A DNA stretch of 64,000 nucleotides from the NCBI RefSeq assembly GCF_009914755.1, contig NC_060925.1. The stretch is one strand, 5' to 3'. Below the pieces are notes generated by a model. It did no database searches. It saw nothing but the letters and a program-made list of their open reading frames with translations, and was not told the DNA's origin. Of this stretch, positions 1-12,770 are shown one piece after another. The position numbers and the translations under genes are program-made. Numbering within the stretch: position 1 is the first letter of the stretch; every line of letters starts with the position of its first letter. The DNA is from the human T2T-CHM13v2.0 reference genome, Homo sapiens.

Positions 1-179
1 GTAACACCTCTAAAAATGGTTCAGACACAGTGCTATTGGTGAACGGAAAAATGAAGATTTTATTCCACATAGAAGGACTGGCAAAGGCTTAATGGAGCAG
101 GTGGAATGTTCCCAGAGTGTTGAAAACTAGATAGGGTTTTGACAAATAGATAGCACTGGAAAAAGATATTAAGGCTGCT

Positions 180-730
180 GGAATCTTGGCTGTCAAACTA
201 ATTAGCTGTGTGACTATAGGAAAGTCACTTAACCTCTCTGAGTTTTAATTCTCTTATGACTAAAATTAGGAAAATGATGACACAAGGTGCTATCGTCTGA
301 ATGTTTCTGTCCCCTGATAAATTTGTATGTTGAAATCCCAATCCCCAAGGTGATAATATTAGGAGGTGGAGCTTTTGGGGAGGTGATGAGTCACTGGGGC
401 AGAGCCCTCATGAATGGGATTAATGCCCTTACAACAGAGGCCCAAGGAAGCTTCCTTGCCCCTTTCATCATGACACAGTCAGGAGGTGCTGTACTATGAA
501 CCAGAAAGCAGGTCCTCACCAGACACCAAATCTACTGGCACCTTGATCTTGGACTTCTAGTCTCTGGAACTGCAAGAAATAAATTTCTGTTTATAAGCCA
601 CCTAGTTTATGGTATTTGTTATAATAGACCGAACATACTAAGACACAAGGTTGCTCTGAGTAAAAAATGAAATGACATGCATGAGAGCACTTACCGCAGT
701 GTCCAGCACCTAACAGGTGCACCCAGTCAT
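180..730 (+). mobile_element. MIR SINE split by an MLT1 LTR
   Basis: MIR core 'gctgtgtgac..ggaaagtcacttaacctctctgag' before 288; it resumes after 650 as 'ggttgctctgagtaaaaaatgaaatgacatgcatgagagcactta'. Confidence 0.7.
288..645 (+). mobile_element. MLT1A-type MaLR solo LTR
   Basis: TG...CA termini (tgctat...ctaagaca), AATAAA near the 3' end, perfect 5-bp TSD caagg at 283-287 and 646-650. Confidence 0.85.
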
Positions 731-1376
731 CTGTTCTGCTGTTCCTATGTAAGAGGAGGAAATAGGGTGAGCAGGCTGAAGACTTTGTGGGGAGAATGGG
801 AAGAGGTCTCATTGGAGCAGAAGGTAGGGTGAATGAAGAATATGGCTGGAAAACTGATCTGGGGCCAAGTGGGAGTGGCCCAGTGCATGAGAAGCCCTTG
901 GAGGATGTGCTGAAGGGCCTGTCCTTGATTTGTCACATAATAGTGGACACAGCTATCTGAATCCAATCAGAATACTATTAATTGTTCCTCAAATCCAGTC
1001 ATAATGCAATCTGAATACTCTATAACTAAATATTAATTTGTAAAGTTTACCTCCCACAAAATTAACCTCCAGCAAAGACTAATCACAACTGTTATTTTAA
1101 GAGCAGCAACTTAATACAACTAACTATTAAATAGGTATTAAAGAACTAAAAATAACTAAGGTATCAGAAAGGAAGCAGCTTCAGGGAGAAGCTTTGTTCC
1201 CTAGAGCTTAGGAAACTAATAGAAGAATATGGACTTATTAAAACTTGGAAGTATGGAGCAGTATGGCAGTTTCTCAAAAAATATATAATAGAATTACCTA
1301 GTATGTAGCAGTTCCACTGCTAGATATATATTCCAAAGAACTGTAAGCAGAGACTCAGAGATATTTGTACACACAT

Positions 1377-1746
1377 TGTATTCTCACACTGCTATGAAGA
1401 ACTGCCTGAGACTGGGTAATTTATGAAGAAAAGAGGTTTAATTGACTCACAGTTCCGCATGGCTGGGGAGGCCTCAGGAAACTTGCAATCATGGCAGAAG
1501 GCAAAACGGAACCAAGACAGGTCTTCACATGGTGGTAGGAGAGAGAGAGAGAAGGGGGAAGTGCCATACTTTTAAACTATTTTGTGTTTTAAAATTTTTT
1601 GATTTTGTGAGAACACTATGATGAGAACAGCAAGGGGGAAATCCACACCCATGATCCAATCACCTCCCACCAGGCCCCTCTCCTGACAAGCGAAAATTTC
1701 AATTCAACATGAGATTTGGGTGGGGACACAGAGCCAAACTATGTCA
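1377..1746 (-). mobile_element. MSTA-type MaLR solo LTR
   Basis: Ends 'gggtggggacacagagccaaactatgtca', the reverse complement of the MST start; TSD cacat/cccat at 1372-1376 and 1747-1751. Confidence 0.85.
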
Positions 1747-2046
1747 CCCATGTTCATAGAGGCACTATTTGCAAGAGCCAAAAGATGGAAGTAACCCAAG
1801 TGTCCATCAATGAATGCATGGATAAACGTTTTAATTACCTACAATGAAATATTGTTCAACTCCAAAAAGAGAGTAAATTCTGACACATGCTATAAGGTGG
1901 ATGAAGCTTGAGGATATTATGCTAAATGAAATAAGCCAGGGACAAATAGACAAATATTGTATGACTCAACTTATGTGAGGTACTTAGAGTAGTCAAAATC
2001 ATAGAAACAGAAAACAGAAATGGTGGTTGCCAGGGGCCTGTGGGAG

Positions 2047-2400
2047 TGATATGGTTTGGCTCTGTGTCCCCACCCAAATCTCATTTCTAACTGTAATCCC
2101 CACGTGTGGAGGAGGGACCTGGTGGGAGGTGATTGGATTATGAAGGCAGTCTCCCCCATGCTGTTCTTGTGATAGTGAGTGAGTTATCACAAGATCTGAT
2201 GGTTTTATAAGTGGCAGTTTCCCCTGCTCTTTTCTCGCCTGCTGCCATGTAAGACGTGCCTCCTTCCTCCTCCACCACGATTGTAAGTTTCCTGAAGCCT
2301 CCTCCGCCATGCAGAACTGTAGGTAAATTAAACCTCTTTTCTTTATAAATTACCCAGTCTCAAGCAGTTCTTTACAGCAGTGCAAAAATGGATTAATATG
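2047..2400 (+). mobile_element. MSTA-type MaLR solo LTR
   Basis: Starts 'tgatatggtttggctctgtgtccccacccaaatctc', ends 'aaaatggattaatatg'; TSD gggag/ggggg. Confidence 0.85.
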
Positions 2401-2599
2401 GGGGGGAAGAGGAAATGGGGAGTCATTACTTGATGGGTATAGAGTTTCAGTTTTGCAAGATGAAATGAGTTCTGGGTATTGGCTGCACAATAATGTGGGT
2501 GTACTTAACACCACTGAACTGCACACTAAAAATGGTGAAGGTGGTAAGTTTCATGTTACATGTTTACCAATATTTAAACAAAGCGAAAACACTTATAAG

Positions 2600-3050
2600 T
2601 TTGGAAGAAGAACTTTGCAGAGCTAAAGCTCAGACCTTGGAGTGTTAGTGTCTCTGAGCTCAGAGGAAAGGCCCTGTGGGGCTGAGACCTGGACCTCTGG
2701 ATATGGTGGGGATGGACTGGCTGCTACTGGTGTCTTGAAGGAGGCACGATGATCAGGCTACCCCTATAAGTGTTGGAAAAACTGCCAACTGGAACCAAGT
2801 GCTGGTACTGGGACTAAACTAATTGCTGCTGCCTGGTGAAGAAGAATTACTAGGGTGAGACTGACAGGAAGCAGAAAAAAATTCCTTCTTTCTTCTCCAG
2901 CCTCGCAGTCTCCCTCTACCAACCTCTCTTGGCAGAGTCTAGCTTGGAGCCAGCTGGCAAACAGAAAAGTGGTTTGCAAAGTCCTGATCCCAGCAGCACC
3001 AAACTGAGTATAGAAGAGGAGTTTGAAAATGAGACAATGGCTGACACAGT
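2600..3050. mobile_element. Ancient ERVL LTR fragment (LTR33-like)
   Basis: 'ggagccagctggcaaacagaaaagtggtttgcaaag' resembles the recalled LTR33 consensus. Confidence 0.45.
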
Positions 3051-3557
3051 GGGCCACTGAACATTTAATTTATGAACAAGGAAATGGCATAATCAGAGTG
3101 TTAGAATGCTGACTCTGGTGGCAGTGTGAGAAATAATTGAAAAAGGGAGACTTACGAGACTATTAAATCTATCCAGGAAAGATGCAGTGAGAGTCCAGCC
3201 TTGGATTTGCTCCAATTCTGTTATCAAAGTTTCTGTCCTGTTCCTGAATCCTGAGTCATCTTGCCCATGTTATCCTTAGTTCTTGTACGTGGATCCCCTT
3301 CCAATTTCTGTTGCTGTGCCTTTTTAGCCTACCCAAGACTGCCCATTCACAAGTTAAGGACAGCTAAGAATTCTAGACTGGACAGCCTGCCTGGGTCCCC
3401 TAATATGACCTGCTTTAAATAGCACCATATTCCAGGAAACTCTTCAGACATCCTGCTATTCCTCTGAAATCTCTGAAGCTAACTGCTTACCTAGTCCTAC
3501 TATGTGCCATACCTAAGTGTTAGGGTTTCAGAGATGAACGATATTCTATACTCAAGA

Positions 3558-3690
3558 GGCTGGGCATGGTGGCTCATGCCTGTAATCCTAGCACTTTGGG
3601 AGGCCAAGGCAGGAGGATCATTTGAGCTCAGGAGTTAGAGGCCAGCCTGGCCAACATAGGGAGACCTCATCTCTAAAAAAAAAGGAAAAA
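3558..3690 (+). mobile_element. Free left Alu monomer (FLAM-type) within an L2 remnant
   Basis: Single Alu arm with A tail; 15-bp TSD tattctatactcaag at 3542-3556 and 3692-3706. Confidence 0.85.
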
Positions 3691-3774
3691 GTATTCTATA
3701 CTCAAGGAAACTGAAGTTTAGGGAAAAAGGCATCAAATGTAAATAAATAGTTAGAATATGATGATAGAAAAGTA

Positions 3775-3970
3775 ATTGCTAATATTTATTATAAGATAGG
3801 AATTTTTAAGTGCTTGAGATACAAACACATTTAAACCTCGTAACAAACCTAGGAGGTAGGTTCTGTTATTACTCCCATTTTATAGGTGGTGAAACTGAGA
3901 CACAGAAGATTAAGTGATTTGTTCAAGGTCAGGCAGTAAGGAAGTGTTGGAACTGGCATTCAAGTCCCAG
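3775..3970 (-). mobile_element. MIR SINE
   Basis: 'ttattactcccattttataggtggtgaaactgagacacagaagattaagtgatttgttcaaggtca'. Confidence 0.75.
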
Positions 3971-4108
3971 AGCAGTCAGCCTCTGCAGTTCAGGATTCAG
4001 GGACTGAGAGTAGGAAAATTTAAAAAGGTTGATGAGGTTCAAATGGAAATCAACAAGAGGGTCTGACAAATTGGATTAAGTTTTCACCTGTGGGTAGAGG
4101 GAGAAAGG

Positions 4109-4164
4109 GTGTGTGTGTGTGCGCGTGCGTGCGTGTGCACATATATATGCGTATGTGTTCGTAT

Positions 4165-4204
<40 letters not shown>
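4109..4204. repeat. Compound (GT)n/(GCGT)n/(AT)n microsatellite
   Basis: About 95 bp of nearly uninterrupted purine-pyrimidine alternation. Confidence 0.95.
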
Positions 4205-4206
<2 letters not shown>

Positions 4207-5277
4207 CTGCATGGCTCTCCTTAGAGATGCTTCTTTAAATCCCCCTTTTCTTGCCTACCACTGCTTATAACCCACCATTTCTGCAATGAAAGGCAGAGAT
4301 GGAGGACCTGCGTACACTCTATGGTAAATTGTTGGAGTAAAACCTGTTCAGAAATCAAACCTTCCTCTTTGGCTGCCTGCCACTGTGCTGGATTCAATCA
4401 TAACAAGTAGCCCAGACCCCAACCATCTTCTCTACATCAACCTCACCTTTATTCTACCACAATATTCATCTGTTATCAAATGAGATAAAGTATAAGAGAG
4501 CATTTTATAAGTTATTAAGTGTCATACAAATATTAGTTATCATTGTTACTACCACCTGCAAAACTGGTCAATTTCGATAAGTTTCCTTTTCTGCATGTCT
4601 GAGTTCTATGAAAAACTTCACTAAAAAACTCATTGAAAAATCCCCATGTTGTTTTCGGAACTGATCACTAGGTGTTGCTATTTGATAACACATTATCAAC
4701 ACCCTGCCCACCCCCAAATGCCTGTATTTTTTTGCAGAGGTACTGAGATTGATTTTTCTCTATTTGATTTTGATAAGAATTATCTGTTGTGTTTCACATA
4801 ATTTGCAGAGAAATAATTTGAAGTCAAGTAGGAGTAATTGGCCTTATTCCTTGCTTCCCCTCTTTTTCCTCTTTCATGCCTTCGATTTTAACAACCATCT
4901 CTCTCACTGCAGTGCCTGCAATGCAGATCACTCCTCAATCCCTATTTCATCTATTCAACAAATATTTATTGAACATTATATATGTGCCAGACATTGACTA
5001 GGAGCTGAGTATACAAGAGTGAATAAAACAGCCAAAGTTTTGACCACCATGCAGCTTACTCTTACGGCTCTTTCTTGGACAACCGACCCACATTTTCAAC
5101 TTTTTTTGCAATAGGAACTAAACTTGTCTTTTCGTTTCCCACATTGAAAATCTCTCAGGTAGCATCCATGTAGCTGAACTGCTTCTCAAACTCATCATAT
5201 TCATCCTGAGCACCACCTTTTGACTTGAATGGAAACATGACTTGTTCTCTTAAGTCATCAAGCTCAAAAATCTCAGT

Positions 5278-5710
5278 TATGCTAAGTGAAATAAGCCAGG
5301 CACAGAAAGTCAAATACTGGGTGATCTCCCTTATATGTGGAATCTAAAAAAGTAAATTTCATAGAAACAGTGAGCAGAAAGATGGTTGTGGTTACCATCG
5401 GCTGGTGAGGGGGAGAAGGGTGGGAGAAGCGAAGGAATGTTGATCAAAGGGTTCAAGGTTTCAGTTTAGACTGAAGGAATACGTTTCAATGATCTATAAT
5501 AATGTATTGTGTATTTCAAAACTGTTAAAATAATAGATTTTTAACATCTCACAAGAAAAAAGATAAATTGATGAAGTGATAGATATGTTAGATATGTTAA
5601 TTAGCTGGATTTAACCTTTCTACAATGTGTGCATGGATCAAAACATCATGTTGTACCTCATAAATGCACATAATTATTTTTGTCAATTAAAAATAAATAA
5701 AGTTTAAAAA
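5278..5710 (+). mobile_element. L1MA-type 3' end fragment
   Basis: 'tatgctaagtgaaataagccaggcacagaaag' through 'tgtcaattaaaaataaataaag'. Confidence 0.85.
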
Positions 5711-6146
5711 CCCAAACTTTTTTTTTTTTTTTTTGAACTGCTTCCTCTCCTTTGCTTCCATTCCTAATCAATTGTCACATCCAAGCTTTGGAACAGGTCT
5801 TCAGTGCCCCTGGCCTGGGCCACAGTGATAGAATTTCCTGCTTCCTTTTCCTCTTACCTCCAACAAATCCTCTACATTGCTGACAGAGTAATTCTCTTGA
5901 ATAGTACTTCTCACCATACAACCCCCAGCCCCTTTCTTTATTCTAAGCATTTAAACTCCTATTCTTAGCATCTAAATCTCTCCATCACCTGACTTCAACC
6001 TCCATAGTCTTCACTCTACCTCTAAATCAACAAAAAGTGGGTTAAGAAATGTTTATGTACCATGCATTGGACTAAGGCACATGGAGTAGAGATATGAACA
6101 AGACCAGATCCCTTCCCTCATGATAAGCAGAAGATTACTAAATAAG

Positions 6147-8338
6147 TGTTATGGATTGAATTGTGCCCATCCCCAATTCATATGTTGATACCCTACCCGC
6201 CAGTACCTTAGAATGTATTAGGAGATAGGGCCTTTAAAGAGGTAAAGGGGTTAAATGAGGTCATGAGGGTAGGACACCAATCCAGTAGGACTGGTGCTCT
6301 TGTAAAAGGAGAGAGATACACCAGGGATGCACACATACAGAGGAGAGGTGACGTAAGGACACAGAGAGAAAGAAGACAGCCATCTGCAAGTCTGGAAAGA
6401 GACCTCAGGAGAAACCAAACCTGCCAACACTTTGATCTTGGACTTCCAGTTGATGGCAGTGGCAGGCCATTTGTAGCAACCGCTGCCATCATGCCAGCTG
6501 CAGCAGGGAGGCGCAGCCAGGGCTGCACACTCCATGAAGCCAGCAGGAACTGGGGAGAAGTGGGAGCCCCACCCATTCTGAGTTGGGGCAGGAGCTCCTT
6601 GGATGCCACTGCAGCCGCCCAAGCCACAGCTGCGGACCCAGACATCCCTGTGCTCTTGGGGCCCGGGAGCAGGTGGGAGCTCCAACCTCTGATGCACAGC
6701 TTCAGCTGCCCAAACCAGGGCTGCAGATCCAGGCCTCCTGCTCCATGGAGCAGGCAGGAGCCACCTCCCCTCCTGCCCCTCCTCCACCCCCACAGCTGTA
6801 GCCGCCCAAACTGTGGCTGCAGACCCAGGCATCTCTACACTCTTAGGGGCCCTGGAAGGCCTCCTCCTACCCTCACAGGCTTGGAAGTGCCTGCTCCCAC
6901 TGCCTGGCTTCTCTCTGCTGTAGGCACCTGCTTCTATCTTGAAGCAAAGTCAGGCTGAGCCCAGGCACTGTTGGAGCCCAGCCAAGTGTGCACACTCTTG
7001 GGGCAGTGCTGACATGCCAGCTTCTTGCCATCTCAGCCACTTCTGGACTTTGGGCACCAACAAGCATAGGAAGGAAGCCAAGGGTGGCTAAGGGCAGCTC
7101 TGCACTGGCCTGCAGGTGCCCCTTGGCAACTACAGCCTGGATACCATGGATGGCAGCTGAAGGCAGACAGGTTCCTGGGCAGAAGTGGGCAGGTCCCTGG
7201 TGAGGCCCCACATTCAGGCTAGGGAGGGCCTGAAGACTGTGGGCTGGACTGCTAGTCCCATGAACCAGAGTAGGAACTCCTGGTGCCTTTTCCCGGCCCA
7301 CCCATGGCCACCTGTGGACCAATCGGCACACACTTCCTCCCCTCTGAGGCCCATAAAAGTCCTGGGTTCATCCAGAGCTGAGTAGACATTGGGATGAACA
7401 GCTGCAGAGAGGAGCTACCCACTTCAGGGACTCCTCTCTGCTGAGAGCTGCAGAGAAAATGGTATAACTTGTCTGCAGAGAGGAGCTTCCTACAACAGGG
7501 TCTCCTCTCTGCCAGGAGCTGAACACTCGCCAATGGGACACCATAGCTACAGAAAGGCGCTGCCTTCTGTGGGAGACCGAGCTGTTCTATCACTCAATAA
7601 AGCTCCGCTTCATCTTACCCACTCTCCACTTGTCTGCATACCTCATTCTTCCTCGTCACAGGACAAGAACTCAGGACCCATTGAATGGCGGGGCTAAAAG
7701 AGCTATAATGCAAACAGAGCTGAAACATGCCCCTTGCTTGCCATGTTGCAGGCAAAGAAAAGGAGAGATGAGCTGTGGCCCTTCGGGGATCCCAGACCTT
7801 GGAGCTCCCTGAGCCAGGGCTGTGACTCCCTCTTTAAAGCCCTGCAGTTCCTGGGATCTCCAAGCTTCCAGGTGCCACCATATTCCCCAGTGCCAGCCAT
7901 GATGAGCTACTTGTGTTGCGTCTGGTTCAGCTGCAGCTTCTCAGAGAGCCAGCACCCATGCCAGCACCTGGTGCTGCCCACCCCACTGCAGCAGCCAGCA
8001 TGTCTGTCTGGGCGCAGTGGCCGGACCACAGATTCATTCACACACCCCTCACCATTCCACGCCTGACTCATCCTTGACAAGCATGGGACCCAGGTCAGTA
8101 GTGTGAGACAAGTTCATCCTGCCTAGCCAAGTAGGAGAAAAGAGCCCAGCAGGCCCGAGCAAAACTTGGGCAAAGGTACCACCGGCTACAGAGATTTCCA
8201 GCCAGAAAAATGGCACCCCAAAGATCCCATAACACAGTCTTGATTTTGGATTTCCAAAACTATCAGAAAACAAATTCTGTTGTTTAAGCCACCCAGCCTG
8301 TAGGTATTTTGTTATGGTAGCCCTAGCAAACAAAGACA
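6147..8338 (+). mobile_element. MLT1 (B/C-type) MaLR LTR split by MER52
   Basis: 5' part 6147-6450 (tgttatggattgaattgtg...), 3' part 8235-8338 (...ccctagcaaacaaagaca); 5-bp TSD ataag at 6142-6146 and 8339-8343. Confidence 0.85.
6451..8234 (+). mobile_element. MER52-family ERV1 solo LTR (~1.8 kb, GC-rich)
   Basis: Starts 'tgatggcagtggcaggcc', ends 'aagatcccataaca'; AATAAA at ~7596; 4-bp TSD cagt at 6447-6450 and 8235-8238. Confidence 0.85.
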
Positions 8339-8726
8339 ATAAGTAAATGCAATAAATTTTTGGAGAAATGGTGTTGGGCAGAACACTGGGACCACAGGAG
8401 GGAGGGGTCCACATATCTCTCTTTTGTATTATTATTATGCATTATTATGTGTTGTATTATTCATTGTTTTCCTAATATGCCAGTCTCCATAGCTTTGCCC
8501 TTACTGTTTTCTTCACTGGGCAAATGCAGCTCCCTATCTTCTCTCTACTATGAAAATCGGCCCGTCTTTTAAAGCCAATGCCATTACCGAGTTCTCTATA
8601 AAATCTTTCCTCTGTTCTAAATTTGATTTTATCAGTCTTTTCTCTTGGTTCCCTTACCACTTTTTTTGTGTGTGCATGCCTTTCTGATAGTCCTCATTTT
8701 CTGCAGCTTTAATTTTGATTCTTTGG

Positions 8727-9051
<325 letters not shown>

Positions 9052-9732
9052 TAACTCACCTATTCTCCCAATCTTAAGTGCCTCAATAGAAGGAAATGTC
9101 TGTCACTCATTTATATGTACTGAAAGTACCTATTACTGGGATTTGCACACAGTAGATGCTCAATAAATATTTATTTAATTTGAACAAGGGGAAACTCCTG
9201 CAAGAATAAAGAGAATTATACACTTTTGTTGACATTTTAAGGAGAATATATTCTTTGTTCTTTTCTAAAAAAGAAATGATGGGGTTATTTTCCATTCTCT
9301 TACAAATTATGGACTTAAAAGGGGTAACTAAAAGAAACTGACCATCCAAGTTTCTATGTCTTCAAGTGTCAGTTTATCCAAATCTAGAAGTTTGGGTTAA
9401 ACAAACACATTCAGAGTTTATCTCTAGCACACTTCTCTGTGGGTATGAAAACATTTGGGATTGAAGAGTTATTGGAAATTTAACTTCTAGAGAATGAGAA
9501 CAATGACCTAAAAGTTTAACTCCTTCTTTTCTTCCTGTCCCCTAAGTTATGGCCTCAGCTTCTGAAGCCCTTTCTTCTATACCCTTTGCTAAATTTTATT
9601 AAGATCTAGCATTCACCTGAAAACTTCAGGGGGCTCACAGAACAGCTTCAGAATTCCCCCACTAACTCTCAATACAAACAAGTACTCTTAACCCTAAATG
9701 CTTTCCTCTTTTTTTCTTTCAGTTAAATCTTA

Positions 9733-10044
<312 letters not shown>

Positions 10045-10440
10045 CTAAAGAACTTTAGTAACTCAAACATGAGTCATGCTGGAATTAAACAGAAAAAAAA
10101 CCTGTCTTGCTCTGTTGAGCTGTTAACACAATAGTCTTCATATAAACCTAAGCTAGGAAATCCTGTTCTCATTTGCTCAGTGGAATGCTATACAGAAATG
10201 AAAGAAAGTAATGTGGAATGAATGAAGCTACTCAAAAGAATACATACTCTTTCTTTATTACAAAGCTTGAGAATGAGCAAAATTAATGTCTAGTTATTGT
10301 GAGGATTAAATGAGTAGATTCATGCAAAGCCCTTGAATGAATAGACTAATTGAAGCTAATCAATAAGTGTGAGCCACTTTTGTCACCATGAGGGTTGGTC
10401 ACTGAAACCCCTCTGAAATAATTGCACTTATTAAGTGGTC

Positions 10441-10719
<279 letters not shown>

Positions 10720-12148
10720 AACATTAAGTGGTCTTAATGAAGAATCTTAAGCTGCCCTGATGACACGGTGATGAAAGCTCCAGTAAGCTAACTTCACCCA
10801 GAAGACTGGTCACCTCCATCAGCACCTGCAGGCAGAGGTGATGCTAGCAGTAAAATGAGGCTGACTGAAGGGCAGGAAGCAGAGAAGGGTGTGGCTCAGG
10901 CGAGAGATCCAGCGAACAGTGGCTAGCAAGGTATTTCTGAGAACAGCATGGGGAGGGTGGGAGAAACAGGAAAGCAGGTGTAATAGAAGCTCCAGAGTGG
11001 GACTTTAAGGACACCCCCACACATGATAGCTTCCATCACCCTTCCTCAAGCTATCCCAAATAAGTGCACTCTATGGGCAGTACTTTTTATAATTTAAGAG
11101 AAAACCATAGGCTCGCTTTGGAAACAGCTCCAGGAGATGTTCCTTAGCCCTGTTCTTAACCAGGACCGCCCTCCTTTAATACCGGATCTGGAGCAGCCCC
11201 TGGGTCCTTGGTCCCTCATTCCCTAAGACAACAGCCCATTCATCCTGCCTTAGATGCTACAATGAGGCAGATGTGAGGGACAGGAATTCATCCCTCCTCT
11301 GGTTCCAGAGTCATGTCCCACAGTGGTAGTTTCCATTGTACTCTGTCTGGCTACATGTTGAGCCTGCAAACATGCTGTTAATGCTCTTTTTAATGTTCTG
11401 TAGTAAGAATGTATGCATGCTCAAAAATGTTGAATAACAGAAATACCACTTTTCAAAAATTGCAACATTTCTGTTTATTTCTCTCCTTTTCCATCTACTC
11501 TCCTTTTACTCAGGAATTTGTAGATTCAAAGTAACTTAACTAGTGGTTTGGGGATTTATAATAGATTTTATGAAGAAGGCTTTGAAAGTACTTTAAAAAA
11601 CACTATATTCCTTATATTTCAATCTATAAATGTAAAAATGTCTCCATAAAGAGCCAAACTGCACTTAAACTGTCATTTTCAAGTTCGTGGACACTCATAA
11701 TCCAAAATTAATTATAATCCTCAGTAATTATAATGACACCATTAAGTTCTTCACATCTCAGGATTTGTTCTACATGAGAATGATCTTAACTCGATTATAC
11801 TTCAGCAACCTGAGTTGTCATATAATTGCTCTCTGAAACTCATGAATGGTGACACCGCAGGTATTTAACAAATGCTATTGGATTTTCTTATCCTGATCAT
11901 GTTTCCTTTTTCCTCACCTCTAAAAAAAATGATGTAGGAAAGGTAAAGGCATGGAAAAGGAAATATGAACTATTCATGACATTTTTCAAATGAAATGATA
12001 ATTCAAATTATGTTTTGGGTAATAGAAAAATGGAGCCTTAAGCAAAAATTGTAGACTAGTTGGCATTCCTCTAGCTACAGTAAGTGAAGCCTGAATCTTT
12101 GACTCTATACATCTTCAAAGTATCCTAAGGTGAGCAGACTTTGGGTTA

Positions 12149-12526
<378 letters not shown>

Positions 12527-12597
12527 CTATATGCATGTATAAATGCAGGGTATACTTTTTCTCTAATAGATTGGGTTAACTTTGCCTATGTAATTTG

Positions 12598-12770
12598 TCA
12601 AAGTTTCCCAAGATAAGGGATCATGGACCTAACAGGATCATCCATGAACATACTGAAATTGTATGTAAAATTGTGTGTGTGAGCACGTACTTTTTCCTGG
12701 GAGAATCGGTGTATATTTTGGATCATATTTTCAGAAGGGAAATCATTCTCATTAAAGAAATAAGGGCAAG
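12598..12770. mobile_element. Ancient hAT-Charlie-like DNA transposon remnant
   Basis: 'ccatgaacatactgaaattgtatgtaaaattgtgtgtgtg..tttttcctgggaga' matches the element at 62.7-63.2 kb; family unresolved. Confidence 0.4.

Larger units (their letters stand above)
1255..2585 (+). mobile_element. Old L1 (L1MA/L1MB-type) 3' end interrupted by two MST LTRs
   Basis: L1 3' UTR motifs 'aacccaagtgtccatcaatgaatg', 'tatgctaaatgaaataagccag' and 'gggtatagagtttcagttttgcaagatg'. Confidence 0.85.

Noticed and set aside
6208-8066. Cluster of long overlapping ORFs (up to 231 aa)
   Set aside because: They lie in the GC-rich MER52/MLT1 LTRs, occur on both strands and have no recognisable domain.
10068-10078. Perfect AP-1 site catgagtcatg between two Alus
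   Set aside because: An isolated short motif, expected by chance in 64 kb.
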